In this document: in pieces, positions 1 to 9,340 of the stretch
Layout: the number at the start of each line of letters is the position of its first letter
Numbering within the stretch: the stretch's first letter is position 1
Origin: an uncultured Chloroflexia bacterium
Lineage (GTDB): Bacteria > Chloroflexota > Limnocylindria > Limnocylindrales > CSP1-4
DNA: 64,000 nt
Reading direction: 5' to 3'
Assembly: GCA_963763775.1 (NCBI GenBank)
Contig: CAVXPZ010000003.1
Coordinates: forward strand, 288,001-352,000
Notes under the pieces: generated by a model
The model's input: the letters and a program-made list of their open reading frames with translations, nothing else
What the model was told of the DNA's origin: nothing
The model's database searches: none
Translations under genes and position numbers: made by a program

Positions 1-1
1 C

Positions 2-361
2 GTGACCTTCTACAGCTACTACCTGAACGCGTACGTCGTGCGCTCGGCCAACTTCTGGGGGTACGGCTCGGCGGCGGCGATCCGGACGGCCGCGTCACTC
101 GTGCCGGCAGGCGGACGCCTGTGCATCGCGAACCCGGACATCAGCGCGCTCACCTTCGCCCACCACATGGCGCTGTATCTGCCCTCGCCGGACTTCACGG
201 TCGTCAAGGGCGTCGCCGACCCCTCGTGCGCGCAGCCGGGGACGTATCTGCTCGCGCTGGTCGACCGCGACCTCGGACCGGGCGTCGAGCGCAAGGCGGT
301 GATCCCCGACATCGTCGGGCAGCCGAAGTTCGTCGTCGTGCAGGTGCCGCCGAAATCCTGA
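2..361 (+). CDS. 5'-truncated ORF, C-terminal part of an unknown (possibly membrane glycosyltransferase-associated) protein
   Basis: Open from window edge to TGA at 361, host-like codon usage, converges on rplI with a hairpin between. Confidence 0.55.
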   Translation: MTFYSYYLNAYVVRSANFWGYGSAAAIRTAASLVPAGGRLCIANPDISALTFAHHMALYLPSPDFTVVKGVADPSCAQPGTYLLALVDRDLGPGVERKAVIPDIVGQPKFVVVQVPPKS

Positions 362-371
362 CGAGCCGAGG

Positions 372-399
372 CGGCGCGGGCGCGGGAGAGCCCGCGCCG
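372..399. terminator. GC-rich hairpin between convergent genes
   Basis: CGGCGCGGGC...GCCCGCGCCG inverted repeat. Confidence 0.45.
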
Positions 400-403
400 A
401 GGT

Positions 404-850
404 TCAGCCCTTGGGCTCGACGACGATCGTGACTTCGGGGGTCATCCCCGAGAAGACCTTGATCGCCACCTTGTACGTGCCGAGCGACTTGAGCGGCTCC
501 TCGAGATCGATCTTGTGGCGGTCGACCTCGATCCCGCGCCGGGCGAGCGCATCGGCGATGTCCTTGGTCGTGATCGAGCCGTACAGCTTGCCGCCGTCGC
601 CGACCTTCACGCCCATGGTCAGGGTCGTGCTGGCGATGCGCGTCGCCGCGATCTCAGCATCCTCGCGCTCGCGCTGCCGCTTGTCCTCACGGCTCGCGAC
701 GTCGTGCTGCCACGCTCGATAGGCGCCGCCGGCCGCGGGCACCGCCAGCGACTGGGGGATCAGGAAGTTCGTGGCATAGCCGTCCGCCACCGACTTCATC
801 TCCCCGCTCTTCCCGAGCTTGGGCACGTCCTTCGTCAGGATGACCTTCAC
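404..850 (-). CDS. rplI: 50S ribosomal protein L9
   Basis: MKVILTKDVPKLGKSGE..VADGYATNFLIP and GKLYGSIT motifs; 148 aa. Confidence 0.97.
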   Translation of the reverse strand: MKVILTKDVPKLGKSGEMKSVADGYATNFLIPQSLAVPAAGGAYRAWQHDVASREDKRQREREDAEIAATRIASTTLTMGVKVGDGGKLYGSITTKDIADALARRGIEVDRHKIDLEEPLKSLGTYKVAIKVFSGMTPEVTIVVEPKG

Positions 851-1377
851 GCGCTGTGCTCCTCCATGTTGATCCAGGACCGCAGGCGCGGCCCGATCCC
901 GAGTTGTCGGATGGTGTCCCCGGCCGTCCCGAGGAGGACGGGGACCCGGCGGATGGTCCGCCGGACCGGTCCCGGCGTCAAGCGCCGGATCTGGGCGATG
1001 TCACGTTCGTATTCCGAGCGAGGGATCCCGAGTTCGTCGAGCTTCTCCCGCAGGACGTCCTCCGGGACGCCGTCGAGGAACATCTCGACCGCGAGGATGA
1101 CGACGACCAGGTCGTCGAGGCCACCGATCACCGGGACCTGATCCGGGATCAGGTCGCGCCCGAGGACGAGGTAACCGGCCGCACCCGCGAGGAGCGCCTT
1201 GCGCGCCGCGGGCATCCGATCATCCATGACGAGCGCAGAGACGAGCCGCGCGTACATCGGCATGCGCGACGCGATGGGCAGGAACGCCATCAGCGACAGC
1301 GCCCGTCCGATCGAGGCGGCGCCCATCCCGGCGCCGCGGCGGCGCTTGCTGGTCGTCTTGGTGGTCGTGCGCGCCAT
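847..1377 (-). CDS. YkvA/DUF1232 family membrane protein
   Basis: YLV..DLIPDQVPVIGGLDD signature; overlaps rplI start. Confidence 0.85.
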   Translation of the reverse strand: MARTTTKTTSKRRRGAGMGAASIGRALSLMAFLPIASRMPMYARLVSALVMDDRMPAARKALLAGAAGYLVLGRDLIPDQVPVIGGLDDLVVVILAVEMFLDGVPEDVLREKLDELGIPRSEYERDIAQIRRLTPGPVRRTIRRVPVLLGTAGDTIRQLGIGPRLRSWINMEEHSA

Positions 1378-1457
1378 GCGCCCGGTCCTCCTCCCTTCGG
1401 GCCACGGAGTCTAGCAGCGTTGCCTCGCGATGCCAGCCGGGTGACCGGCGGCCGAAC

Positions 1458-1485
1458 TTGACATCGAACGTCCGTTCGGTATGAT
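1458..1485 (+). promoter_or_regulatory. lexA promoter with LexA (SOS) box between -35 and -10
   Basis: TTGACA 1458-1463, CGAAC-GTCC-GTTCG 1465-1478, TATGAT 1480-1485, RBS AAGGAGG 1492-1498. Confidence 0.9.
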
Positions 1486-1503
1486 GCCGGCAAGGAGGCG
1501 CGA

Positions 1504-2154
1504 GTGACCAAGCACGACGCCGAACGAAAACTCAAGATCCTCGACTTCATCGCGGCGACCCTGCGCGCGCGCGGCTATCCGCCGTCCGTACGCGAGATCG
1601 CCCGGGCCGTCGGTCTCGCCTCCACCTCGGCGGTCCACCACCATCTCCAGATCCTCGAACGTGAGGGCTACCTGGAACGTGGCGCCGCCCAGTCTCGCGC
1701 GATCCGCCTGACGCCGACCGCGGCGCTGCGCCTCGGACTCACGAGCGAGCTCGTGCCGCAGTCCACCACCGCCGAGTCGCGCGTCCTTCCGATCATCGGG
1801 GAGATCGCGGCCGGCGGACCGATCGAGGCCTACCAGGACGCGTCGGAGACGCTCGCCGTCCCGGACATCCTCGCCCCCAGCGGCGACGCCTACGTCCTCA
1901 AGGTCCGCGGCGACTCGATGATCGAGGCCCACATCGCCGACGGCGACTTCGTCCTGATCCGGCCGCAGAGCACGGCACGCAACGGCGATATCGTCGTCGC
2001 CCAGGTCGAGGAGAACGCCGTCACCCTGAAGCGGTTCTTCAAGGAGAAGGACAAGATCCGACTCCAGCCGGCCAACCCGGCGTACCCCGCGCAGATCTAT
2101 GACGATGTGCGCATCCAAGGCAAACTCATCGGCGTCATCCGCCGCCTGGACTAG
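1504..2154 (+). CDS. lexA: LexA repressor
   Basis: GYPPSVREI wHTH, IAAG cleavage site, VRGDSM (Ser), TLKRF (Lys). Confidence 0.97.
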   Translation: MTKHDAERKLKILDFIAATLRARGYPPSVREIARAVGLASTSAVHHHLQILEREGYLERGAAQSRAIRLTPTAALRLGLTSELVPQSTTAESRVLPIIGEIAAGGPIEAYQDASETLAVPDILAPSGDAYVLKVRGDSMIEAHIADGDFVLIRPQSTARNGDIVVAQVEENAVTLKRFFKEKDKIRLQPANPAYPAQIYDDVRIQGKLIGVIRRLD

Positions 2155-2222
2155 CCCTCCTCAGGCATCGTCTCCACCTGCCGCTCGGTGCACGCTTCGG
2201 TCCGGGCGACCCTTCGCAGACT

Positions 2223-2283
2223 CGTGGACTGTCCACAACGGGTTCTCCACAGCTCGCCCACACAAGCCGAAAGCCGTGGAACA
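2223..2283. promoter_or_regulatory. Cluster of DnaA-box-like motifs upstream of dnaB
   Basis: CTGTCCACA 2229-2237, TTCTCCACA 2243-2251, weaker inverted copies at 2223-2231 and 2275-2283. Confidence 0.55.
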
Positions 2284-2377
2284 TCCCGTCGGCTCGACTC
2301 GCCTTCGTTGACCGCCAGAGCTGTTCCCGACCGGACAATGACGCCCCCACTTCTGTCGTCGGAGTCCTGACCGCCTC

Positions 2378-3727
2378 ATGATCGATCGCCTGCCGCCCCA
2401 GAGTCTCGAGGCCGAGCAATCGGTGCTCGGCGCCATCCTCATCGACCGTGACGCGGTCATCGAGGTCGCGGAGTTCCTTCGCGCCGAGGACTTCTACCGG
2501 CAGGCCAACGGCCGCATCTACGCCGCCATGCTCGACCTGTTCGAGAAGCGCGAGCCCATCGACATCGTCACGGTGGCCGAGGTGCTCGAGCGCAAGGAAG
2601 AGCTCGAGGCGATCGGCGGACGTGCCTACCTTTCGAGCCTCTCCAACGAGACCCCCACGGCCGTCCATGCCTCGCAGTACGCGCGGATCGTCGAGCGCAA
2701 GGCGGTCCTGCGGAACCTGATCGGCGCGGCTGGTCGCATCGCCAGCATCGCCTACGAGGATCCGGCCGAGATCGGCGAGGCCGTCGACCGGGCGGAGGCC
2801 GAGCTCTTCGCCGTCAGCCAGAAGCGGATCGATGTCGGGTTCAGCGCGCTCAAGGCCCTCCTCCACGACGCCTACGACCGCCTCGATTACCTCCACGCCC
2901 ACCGCGGCGAGATCAGCGGCGTCCGCACCGGGTTCCAGGACCTCGACGCCCTCACCACCGGCCTCCAGAAGAGCGACCTCGTGATCGTGGCGGCCCGCCC
3001 GTCGGTCGGCAAGACGAGCTTTGCGCTCAACATCGCCGAGCACGCCGCGGTCAAGGAGCGCAAGAGCGTCGGGGTCTTCAGCCTCGAGATGAGCAAGGAG
3101 CAGCTCGTGCTCCGCTTGCTCTCGAGCGTGGCCAACATCGACTCGCAGCGGCTGCGCACCGGCTTCCTCGAGGAGCTCGACTTCGCCCGGATCGCCCCGG
3201 CGATGAACGCCCTCTCGGAGGCGCCGATGTACATCGACGACACCCCGAACATCTCGGCGATGGAGCTCCGGACCAAGGCCCGCCGACTCCAGGCGGAGGC
3301 CGGCCTGGACCTCGTCATCGTCGACTACCTCCAGTTGATGCAGGCGACCACGACCTCGCGCGACGCCAATCGGGTCCAGGAGGTGTCGGAGATCTCGCGC
3401 GGGCTCAAGGCCCTCGCCCGCGAGCTGAACGTGCCGGTCATCGCGCTCTCCCAGCTGTCCCGCCAGCCGGAGATGCGCGAGTCCAAGGAACCTCGGCTCT
3501 CGGACCTTCGCGAGTCAGGCGCCATCGAGCAGGACGCGGACCTCGTGATGTTCCTGTGGCGCGACAAGGACCGGGCCGGCGACGACTCGGAGTCCGAGGG
3601 CGAGGTCATCAAGCTCAAGCTCGCGAAGCACCGCAACGGCCCGACCGGCGAAGTGGACCTGTGGTTCAAGAAGCGCCAGACGCGCTTCGTCAGCTATGCG
3701 GGCGAGCGGTACGCCGAGGCCGGCTGA
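2378..3727 (+). CDS. dnaB: Replicative DNA helicase
   Basis: PPQSLEAEQSVLG, ARPSVGKT Walker A, DYLQL, DLRESGAIEQDAD. Confidence 0.98.
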   Translation: MIDRLPPQSLEAEQSVLGAILIDRDAVIEVAEFLRAEDFYRQANGRIYAAMLDLFEKREPIDIVTVAEVLERKEELEAIGGRAYLSSLSNETPTAVHASQYARIVERKAVLRNLIGAAGRIASIAYEDPAEIGEAVDRAEAELFAVSQKRIDVGFSALKALLHDAYDRLDYLHAHRGEISGVRTGFQDLDALTTGLQKSDLVIVAARPSVGKTSFALNIAEHAAVKERKSVGVFSLEMSKEQLVLRLLSSVANIDSQRLRTGFLEELDFARIAPAMNALSEAPMYIDDTPNISAMELRTKARRLQAEAGLDLVIVDYLQLMQATTTSRDANRVQEVSEISRGLKALARELNVPVIALSQLSRQPEMRESKEPRLSDLRESGAIEQDADLVMFLWRDKDRAGDDSESEGEVIKLKLAKHRNGPTGEVDLWFKKRQTRFVSYAGERYAEAG

Positions 3728-3754
3728 TCCTCGGCGGGATAGCCGAACTGGCCG

Positions 3755-3958
3755 CTACCCCTCGTACTCGAAGCCGATCTTGACCTCGACGCGGTACTCG
3801 ACGATCTCGCCGTCGGCGACGACCGCGCTCGACTTGACCACCTCGACCGTCTGGATGTTGCGGACCGTCTTCGACGCCGTCGCGACGGCCTGACGGGCCG
3901 CGTCGCTCCACGACTTCGGGCTCGTGCCGACCATCTCCCGGATGATGATCACGCCCAC
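3755..3958 (-). CDS. Dodecin family flavin-binding protein
   Basis: 67 aa; EMVGTSPKSWSDAA..A.KTVRNI..EYRV..KIGF. Confidence 0.88.
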   Translation of the reverse strand: MGVIIIREMVGTSPKSWSDAARQAVATASKTVRNIQTVEVVKSSAVVADGEIVEYRVEVKIGFEYEG

Positions 3959-4079
3959 GGTCGGCCCTCCTCATGGTGTTCGCCGCCGTCGAGGCGTGCG
4001 CCGGCCGACATCATGACACGGGGCCGACCCGTCGCCGGATCGGCCCTCGTCGTCGCACGGCGATCCGTGGATCGGGCGG

Positions 4080-4388
4080 TCAGACGCTCGCTGGCGTCGC
4101 CGACAGCGTCCCGGCGCGGACCTTGTCGAAGCAGGAGCTGCAGTAGACCGGCCGGTCGTTCCTCGGCGCGAACGGGACGACGGCCTGCCCCCCGCAGGCG
4201 CCGCAGACCGCCGCGTGGAATTCCCGTGGGCCCTCGTTCGATCGGGCCCGCTTGGCCGCGGCCCGGCACGATGGGCATCGCTGCGGGTCGTTCGTCAGCC
4301 CCTTGCTGGCGTAGAAGGCCTGTTCGCCCGCCGAGAACGTGAATTCGTCGGCACAGTCGCGACAGGTCAGCGCTCGGTCCTGGTACAC
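4080..4388 (-). CDS. Zinc-ribbon + CxxC-x17-CxxC domain protein
   Basis: DRALTCRDC..FTFSAGEQAFY..PQRCPSCR and CGACG..VPFAP..PVYCSSCF; GTG start at 4388 after GGAGAGG. Confidence 0.88.
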   Translation of the reverse strand: MYQDRALTCRDCADEFTFSAGEQAFYASKGLTNDPQRCPSCRAAAKRARSNEGPREFHAAVCGACGGQAVVPFAPRNDRPVYCSSCFDKVRAGTLSATPASV

Positions 4389-4612
4389 CCTCTCCAGCCC
4401 TCCATGGCTCGGGACACCGTGAACCTGGGAGCCCCCGCCCGAGGGATCGTCGGGACCGGCGCAGGGCGCACTGGAACGGGATGCGCGCTCGGTCGGCCCG
4501 GGCTCGGGGGGCCCGGAACTCATAGCCGAGAAGATACGCGCGACGTCAAGCCCTTCCGGACGTTCGGAACCGCGCTGCGGAACCGTTCCGGGCCCGCTAC
4601 CGTCGGGGCGCC

Positions 4613-5525
4613 ATGTCAAAGCTGCATCGCCTCGCCCTGCTCCCGGTCGTCCTCGTCGCCGTCACGGCCTGCACCGGTGGCGGCGCCGGCGCCTCGTCCG
4701 CGCCGCCGTCATCGACGCCGACCGGCGGTCCCTCGACGTCGCCCGAAGCCAGCGGTGCTTCGTTCGGCAAGATCGAGCACGCCACCGGAGCGACGGACGT
4801 CCTGCTGCGTTTCGAGAACGGCGGCGGGTTCGTGCCCCCGTCCTTCCTGGCCACCCAGGCGCCGATCTACACCCTCTACGGCGACGGCACCGTCGTCTTC
4901 CGCAACCCCGCCATCGAGCTTCCCCAGCCGGTCGGCGAGGTCTACCCCCAGAACCCGATGCGCACCGCGAAGCTCTCCGAGGACCAGATCCAACAGGTCC
5001 TCGCCGAGGCCCTCGGCCAGGGTGGGCTCGGCATCGGCGCGGGCCACCTACGAGAACGCCCAGATCTCGGACGCGCCGACCGCGGTGTTCACGGTCGATG
5101 CGGGCGGCATCAAGAAGGCCGTCTCGATCTACGCGCTCGGGATGGACGTCCAGGGCGGGGCCGACGCGCCGGCGCGAGCGGCGTTCCAGCGTCTCGCGGA
5201 CCATCTCGGGAACTTCGACAACGGGGGCACGATCGCTACCGACGTCTATCAACCCGCGGGCTATCGCGCGATCCTGATGGACGGCACCGCGACCCCGGGG
5301 CAGGTCGACTGGCCGTGGACCGACCTCACGCCGAAGGACTTCGCGTTCCCCGCGGACCCGAACATGTTCCAGCAGGCGACCCACGTGCTGACCCAGGCGC
5401 AAGTCGATGCGCTCGGGCTCAAGGACGTCCAGGGCGGGTTCCAGGGGCTCACGATCGCGACGCCCGATGGCGGCAAGGTCTATTCGATGTCGCTGCGACC
5501 CCTGCTGCCCGAGGAGACGTCCTAG
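4613..5525 (+). CDS. Putative lipoprotein (one frameshift near 5040)
   Basis: Signal peptide with lipobox VTAC, Ser/Pro linker; reading continues in the 4215..5525 frame. Confidence 0.7.
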
Positions 5526-5630
5526 CCATCGGCGACCCGAGGCGGCGGCATCCTGACGAGTGCCGCCGATGCCTCGGTCGCGCCTCGGACTGGGTCGCAG
5601 CTAAGGGGCGGGTAAGCCGCCTCCGGCACC

Positions 5631-8600
5631 ATGCGACGCATGGCACTGCCGGATCCGCCCGTTGACACTCGCCGCGAGCGATCCGTATCGTTCGCGCCTC
5701 TCGACGCGCCCGAGCGAATCCATCGTCCAGGCGACCGTCCGTCGATCCCGGTCGGTCCGGGTCGGCCCACGATCGCCGCCGCACAAGCCAGCGGAGCCCA
5801 CCGCGACGACGTGAGCGGCTATCCGATCCAGTACGCGAAGGTCCAGCCTCCGCCATTGCGGGAGGAGACCCTCGCACGCCATCGACTGCTCGACTGGCTT
5901 GCCGCGAAGATCCACCACCGCGTCATCCTGGTACTCGCCGATGCCGGGTACGGCAAGACCACGTTGCTGGCGGACTTCTCGGGACGGACGCGTCTCCGAA
6001 CGCTCTGGTATCGCCTCGACGAGGACGACCGCGACTGGATCTCGCTGCTGAACCACCTCGTCGCGGCCGGTCGCGAGGCGGACCCATCGTTCGCCCCGAC
6101 CACCGCGGCGATGCTGGCCGACACCAGCCTGACCGGTCCGACGATGGATGCGGTCATCGAGGTGTTCATCCGCGAGCTCCAGGGCATCGCGCCCCATGGG
6201 GCGGTGTTGATCTTCGACGATTTCCACCTGGTCGACGACGCGCCGGACGTGCAGCGGATCGCGCGCGAGCTCGTGACGCGGGCGCCGGAGCGGCTGTCGA
6301 TCGTCTTCGCGAGCCGGCGTGCGCCGGGCATCCCGATGGCGCGACTCCGCTCGATCGGCGAGGTCGGGGAGCTGACCACGGACGACCTGCGCTTCGACGC
6401 TGACGAGACCGATCGCCTCTTCCGCGAGTCATACGGCCGAACGCTCGATCCCGATGTCCTCGCCGATGTGACGGCTCGGACCGAGGGCTGGGCCGCGTCG
6501 CTCCAGCTGGTTCACGCGGCCCTTCGCGACCGTACGCCCGGCCAGATCCGCCAGTTCGTGCACAGCCTCACGGGTGCCGACCGCGAGCTCTACGACTACC
6601 TCGCCGAGGAAGTCATCGGCGACCTGCCACCTGACCTCCAGACCTTCCTGATGCGCACCTCGATCCTTCAAGTGGTCACGCCCACCTTTGCTGAAATTGT
6701 CACTGGGGCAGAGGCAGGCTCATGCAGTCGTCTCACCAACTCCGCCGAAAGGCTCACGTTGCTTAGCCGACGGTCCCGTGGACCAAGGAGCGAACTCCGG
6801 TATCACCCCCTTGTTCAGCAGTTCCTCATGTCTCGACTCACGCGAGAGCTTGGGACGGACGGCGTACGCGACCTTCATCGGCTAATGGCGGAATACGCCG
6901 GCAGCCGCGACTGGCGCCTAGCGGCGCACCACCTGTGGTCGGCAGGCGATCAAGTAGATGCTTGGGCGGTCATCGACTTGGCGGCCACCGGAATAGTTGG
7001 TCGAGGGGAATATCTGGTAGCGGCACCGTACCTGGAGGCGGCCACCGAGCGAGTCGAACGCGCCAGCTTCGAAGTAGTGCTGTCGCGTCGAGACTTCAGT
7101 GAGGGCAACATCCGCGGGGCGGTAGCTCATGCCGAACAAGCGGTGCTGCTTGAGCCACGCTCCGACCTGGCGCTTGCCAACTTAGCGTCCCAACACGTAA
7201 ATGCCGGCAACATCGAAGAAGGTGTCGTGTGGGCACGGCGCCTACTTAGCCAGCCGGGGGATCTCGGCATCCAGGGCATTGCTGCGGGAATAATCACAAT
7301 TCATCAGACGTCACTCGACGGCGACGTCACCGCTGCGATCACCGAGTTCTCGAACCTGGCGACGCAACAACACGCGGCGGGTTACATCCACTTCGAGGGC
7401 ATCAGTCAGCTCAACCTTGCTGACGCCTACAGAGCGAGTGGTGATCTCGTGGCATCTCGACGAGCCGCACAGCAGGCTGTCGAGCTCCTTCAGTCAAGTT
7501 CCGCCGGCTCGGAAGTGCAAGTTGCCCAGGCATACGTCGCCTGGGCCGATGCTCACCTCGCTGAGCTCGGAAACGCCCGAGCATCGATCGAGACAGCGTT
7601 GGCAACGGCGAACGACGCAAGTCGCGCGGACGTGCTCTTTGAAGCGAGCGACCTCGAAGCCGCATACGGCAGTCAGAACGCTGCCGCGGACCACCTTGCC
7701 CATCTGCGCGCAACGGGTGCCGGGGCGGTTGCCGGACAGGTCGCGTCCCTTGAAGTGCTCGTTGCGCTGAGGCTGGACAACCAGGAAGAGGCCCTGCGGA
7801 GGTCTGAGTCGCTGGGGAGGGGTGTCCCAAGCAGTCTGATCGCACACCAGGCTCGCGACATGGTTGTTCGTGCGCACGCCATGGCGTCCGCGATGGCAGA
7901 CGGCGCGAGCGATGCGATCGCCCGGGCACACTTTCATGCTGAGTCGCAGACGGCGGGGCTGTGGGCTGAGTACGCAGCTGCCCTTCGAGCCGTTACGGCC
8001 GAGCGCGACGGACTCAATGCCTACGTCAGATCACGTGGCCGGGTCGGCTTGTGGCCGCTGTCGCGTGTCGCAGAGCTGTTGACCAACCGCCTGAACGATC
8101 TCGGGGGAGACGAGGCCGATTCTGTTCGAGCCGAGGTGGTTCTCCGTCCCGACCGGTGGCGGTCGGCGCTCCGCCTCTCGGTCGACCGGCGAATGGGCGA
8201 CGGGTTGAACGCAGCGAGGCTGCTTGACTTGGTAGGTGAACACGAGGACGTCGTACGACTTCGAAATGTCGCTCACAAGCATCGGGGCCGACCAGACGCG
8301 GAGCTCGGCCGAGGATTGGCCCGGCGCCTAGCTCCGATGGTCTTTGTCGAGGACCTCGGCCGCGTCTCCCTGCGCATTGGCGAACGCGCGATAGAGGGTT
8401 CCTCAGTTCGACGCAAAGTGCTGGCGTTGCTCTGCTTCCTGGTCACCCGACCAAGGTTCTCGGCAACGCGTGACGAAGTGATGGACGCACTCTGGCCCGA
8501 CTTCGATCCTGGTGACGCACAGAACTCGTTAAACCAGACGGTGTACTTCCTAAGGCGCGTGTTTGAACCGGACTACAAGGACGATCTGTCGCCTGGATAC

Positions 8601-9074
8601 GTCCACCACGAGTCCGATGTGATCTGGCTGGACGAGGCCCTGGTTTCCTCACGAAGCTCGAGCTGTGTAGCGCTCATTCGATCGATGACGTCCGAACCAA
8701 CGCCTGTCGAGGTCGAGCAGCTGTCGGTTGACTACATCGCGCCATTCGCTCTCGACTTCGCCTACGAGGAATGGGCTGGTGACTACCGCTCGTCGCTGCA
8801 CTCGAGTTACCTGCAGGTCATCGAAAAGGCAGTCACGGTCGATACCGCGAGTGGGCACTTCGATCGAGGGATCAACCTAGCGAGGAGAGCCTTGGACCTG
8901 TCGCCAGATGCGGACCAGGTCGAGTTGTCCCTGCTGCGAATGCTCCAACTGAATGGGTCTCATGCAGCGGCTGCCGAGCAGTACAGCCACTACGCCGCGG
9001 CGCAGCGCGACACCTATGGAATCGAGCCGCCGGCCCTCGAATTCCTTGTGAGGATAGGTAAGGTGCCGTATTGA
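5631..9074 (+). CDS. MalT-like STAND ATPase-TPR-BTAD transcriptional regulator (start could be 5640 or 5811)
   Basis: KVQPP..LARHRLL, ADAGYGKTT Walker A, LIFDDFH Walker B, TEGWAASLQL, RYHPL, helical repeat middle, C-terminal wHTH (LLCFLV..TRDEVMDALWP..SLNQTVYFLRR) plus BTAD. Confidence 0.88.
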   Translation: MRRMALPDPPVDTRRERSVSFAPLDAPERIHRPGDRPSIPVGPGRPTIAAAQASGAHRDDVSGYPIQYAKVQPPPLREETLARHRLLDWLAAKIHHRVILVLADAGYGKTTLLADFSGRTRLRTLWYRLDEDDRDWISLLNHLVAAGREADPSFAPTTAAMLADTSLTGPTMDAVIEVFIRELQGIAPHGAVLIFDDFHLVDDAPDVQRIARELVTRAPERLSIVFASRRAPGIPMARLRSIGEVGELTTDDLRFDADETDRLFRESYGRTLDPDVLADVTARTEGWAASLQLVHAALRDRTPGQIRQFVHSLTGADRELYDYLAEEVIGDLPPDLQTFLMRTSILQVVTPTFAEIVTGAEAGSCSRLTNSAERLTLLSRRSRGPRSELRYHPLVQQFLMSRLTRELGTDGVRDLHRLMAEYAGSRDWRLAAHHLWSAGDQVDAWAVIDLAATGIVGRGEYLVAAPYLEAATERVERASFEVVLSRRDFSEGNIRGAVAHAEQAVLLEPRSDLALANLASQHVNAGNIEEGVVWARRLLSQPGDLGIQGIAAGIITIHQTSLDGDVTAAITEFSNLATQQHAAGYIHFEGISQLNLADAYRASGDLVASRRAAQQAVELLQSSSAGSEVQVAQAYVAWADAHLAELGNARASIETALATANDASRADVLFEASDLEAAYGSQNAAADHLAHLRATGAGAVAGQVASLEVLVALRLDNQEEALRRSESLGRGVPSSLIAHQARDMVVRAHAMASAMADGASDAIARAHFHAESQTAGLWAEYAAALRAVTAERDGLNAYVRSRGRVGLWPLSRVAELLTNRLNDLGGDEADSVRAEVVLRPDRWRSALRLSVDRRMGDGLNAARLLDLVGEHEDVVRLRNVAHKHRGRPDAELGRGLARRLAPMVFVEDLGRVSLRIGERAIEGSSVRRKVLALLCFLVTRPRFSATRDEVMDALWPDFDPGDAQNSLNQTVYFLRRVFEPDYKDDLSPGYVHHESDVIWLDEALVSSRSSSCVALIRSMTSEPTPVEVEQLSVDYIAPFALDFAYEEWAGDYRSSLHSSYLQVIEKAVTVDTASGHFDRGINLARRALDLSPDADQVELSLLRMLQLNGSHAAAAEQYSHYAAAQRDTYGIEPPALEFLVRIGKVPY

Positions 9075-9128
9075 CCGGTTGGGTCCGGCATCCATATAGT
9101 CCGGCCACTTCGTAGTACTCCGGTACTA
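9071..9128 (+). promoter_or_regulatory. Putative sigma70 promoter of the peptide genes with downstream palindromic operator
   Basis: TTGACC 9071-9076, TATAGT 9095-9100 (18 bp spacer), TAGTAC-TCCG-GTACTA 9113-9128. Confidence 0.6.
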
Positions 9129-9274
9129 GGAAGCCGTGTCAAGACGCTCGGACGCGCAGAAGCACCACCTGAAATGGGCACTTGGGGTGGGGCAGAGCGA
9201 GTAGTGCAACCGACCGACTCACAGCCGGTCGGTTTTCGTGTTCCAAACACGAAGGCCGCAAAGGAGGAACGAGC

Positions 9275-9328
9275 GTGACAGCCGAGTCCATCAAGGGCTG
9301 GCTTCCCGAGTCCATCAAGGGCTGGTAG
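9275..9328 (+). CDS. 17-aa peptide MTAESIKGWLPESIKGW
   Basis: AAGGAGG 9261-9267, 7 nt before GTG; TAG stop; in-frame repeat of ESIKGW. Confidence 0.7.
   Translation: MTAESIKGWLPESIKGW
9282..9325 (+). repeat. Perfect 20-bp direct repeat, 24-bp period
   Basis: CCGAGTCCATCAAGGGCTGG at 9282-9301 and 9306-9325. Confidence 0.95.
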
Positions 9329-9340
9329 GGAAACGCAGCC

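Noticed and set aside
2155-2377. Replication origin
   Set aside because: Few boxes, no AT-rich unwinding element and no dnaA/dnaN nearby; kept only as a possible regulatory site.
4557-4590. GAAC/GTTC-containing palindromes as further LexA boxes
   Set aside because: Spacing does not match GAAC-N4-GTTC.
9174-9278. 34-aa ORF MGTWGG...KEERA overlapping the peptide RBS
   Set aside because: No RBS and no recognisable features; it runs through the leader hairpins.
9282-9325. Direct repeat as a mini-CRISPR or SARP binding site
   Set aside because: Only two copies with a 4-nt gap and no cas genes. The 24-bp period does not fit the 11/22-bp SARP spacing, while it preserves frame behind a perfect RBS.
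9275-9328. Trp attenuator leader peptide
   Set aside because: Trp codons are not adjacent, no terminator follows the ORF, and no amino-acid biosynthesis genes lie downstream.
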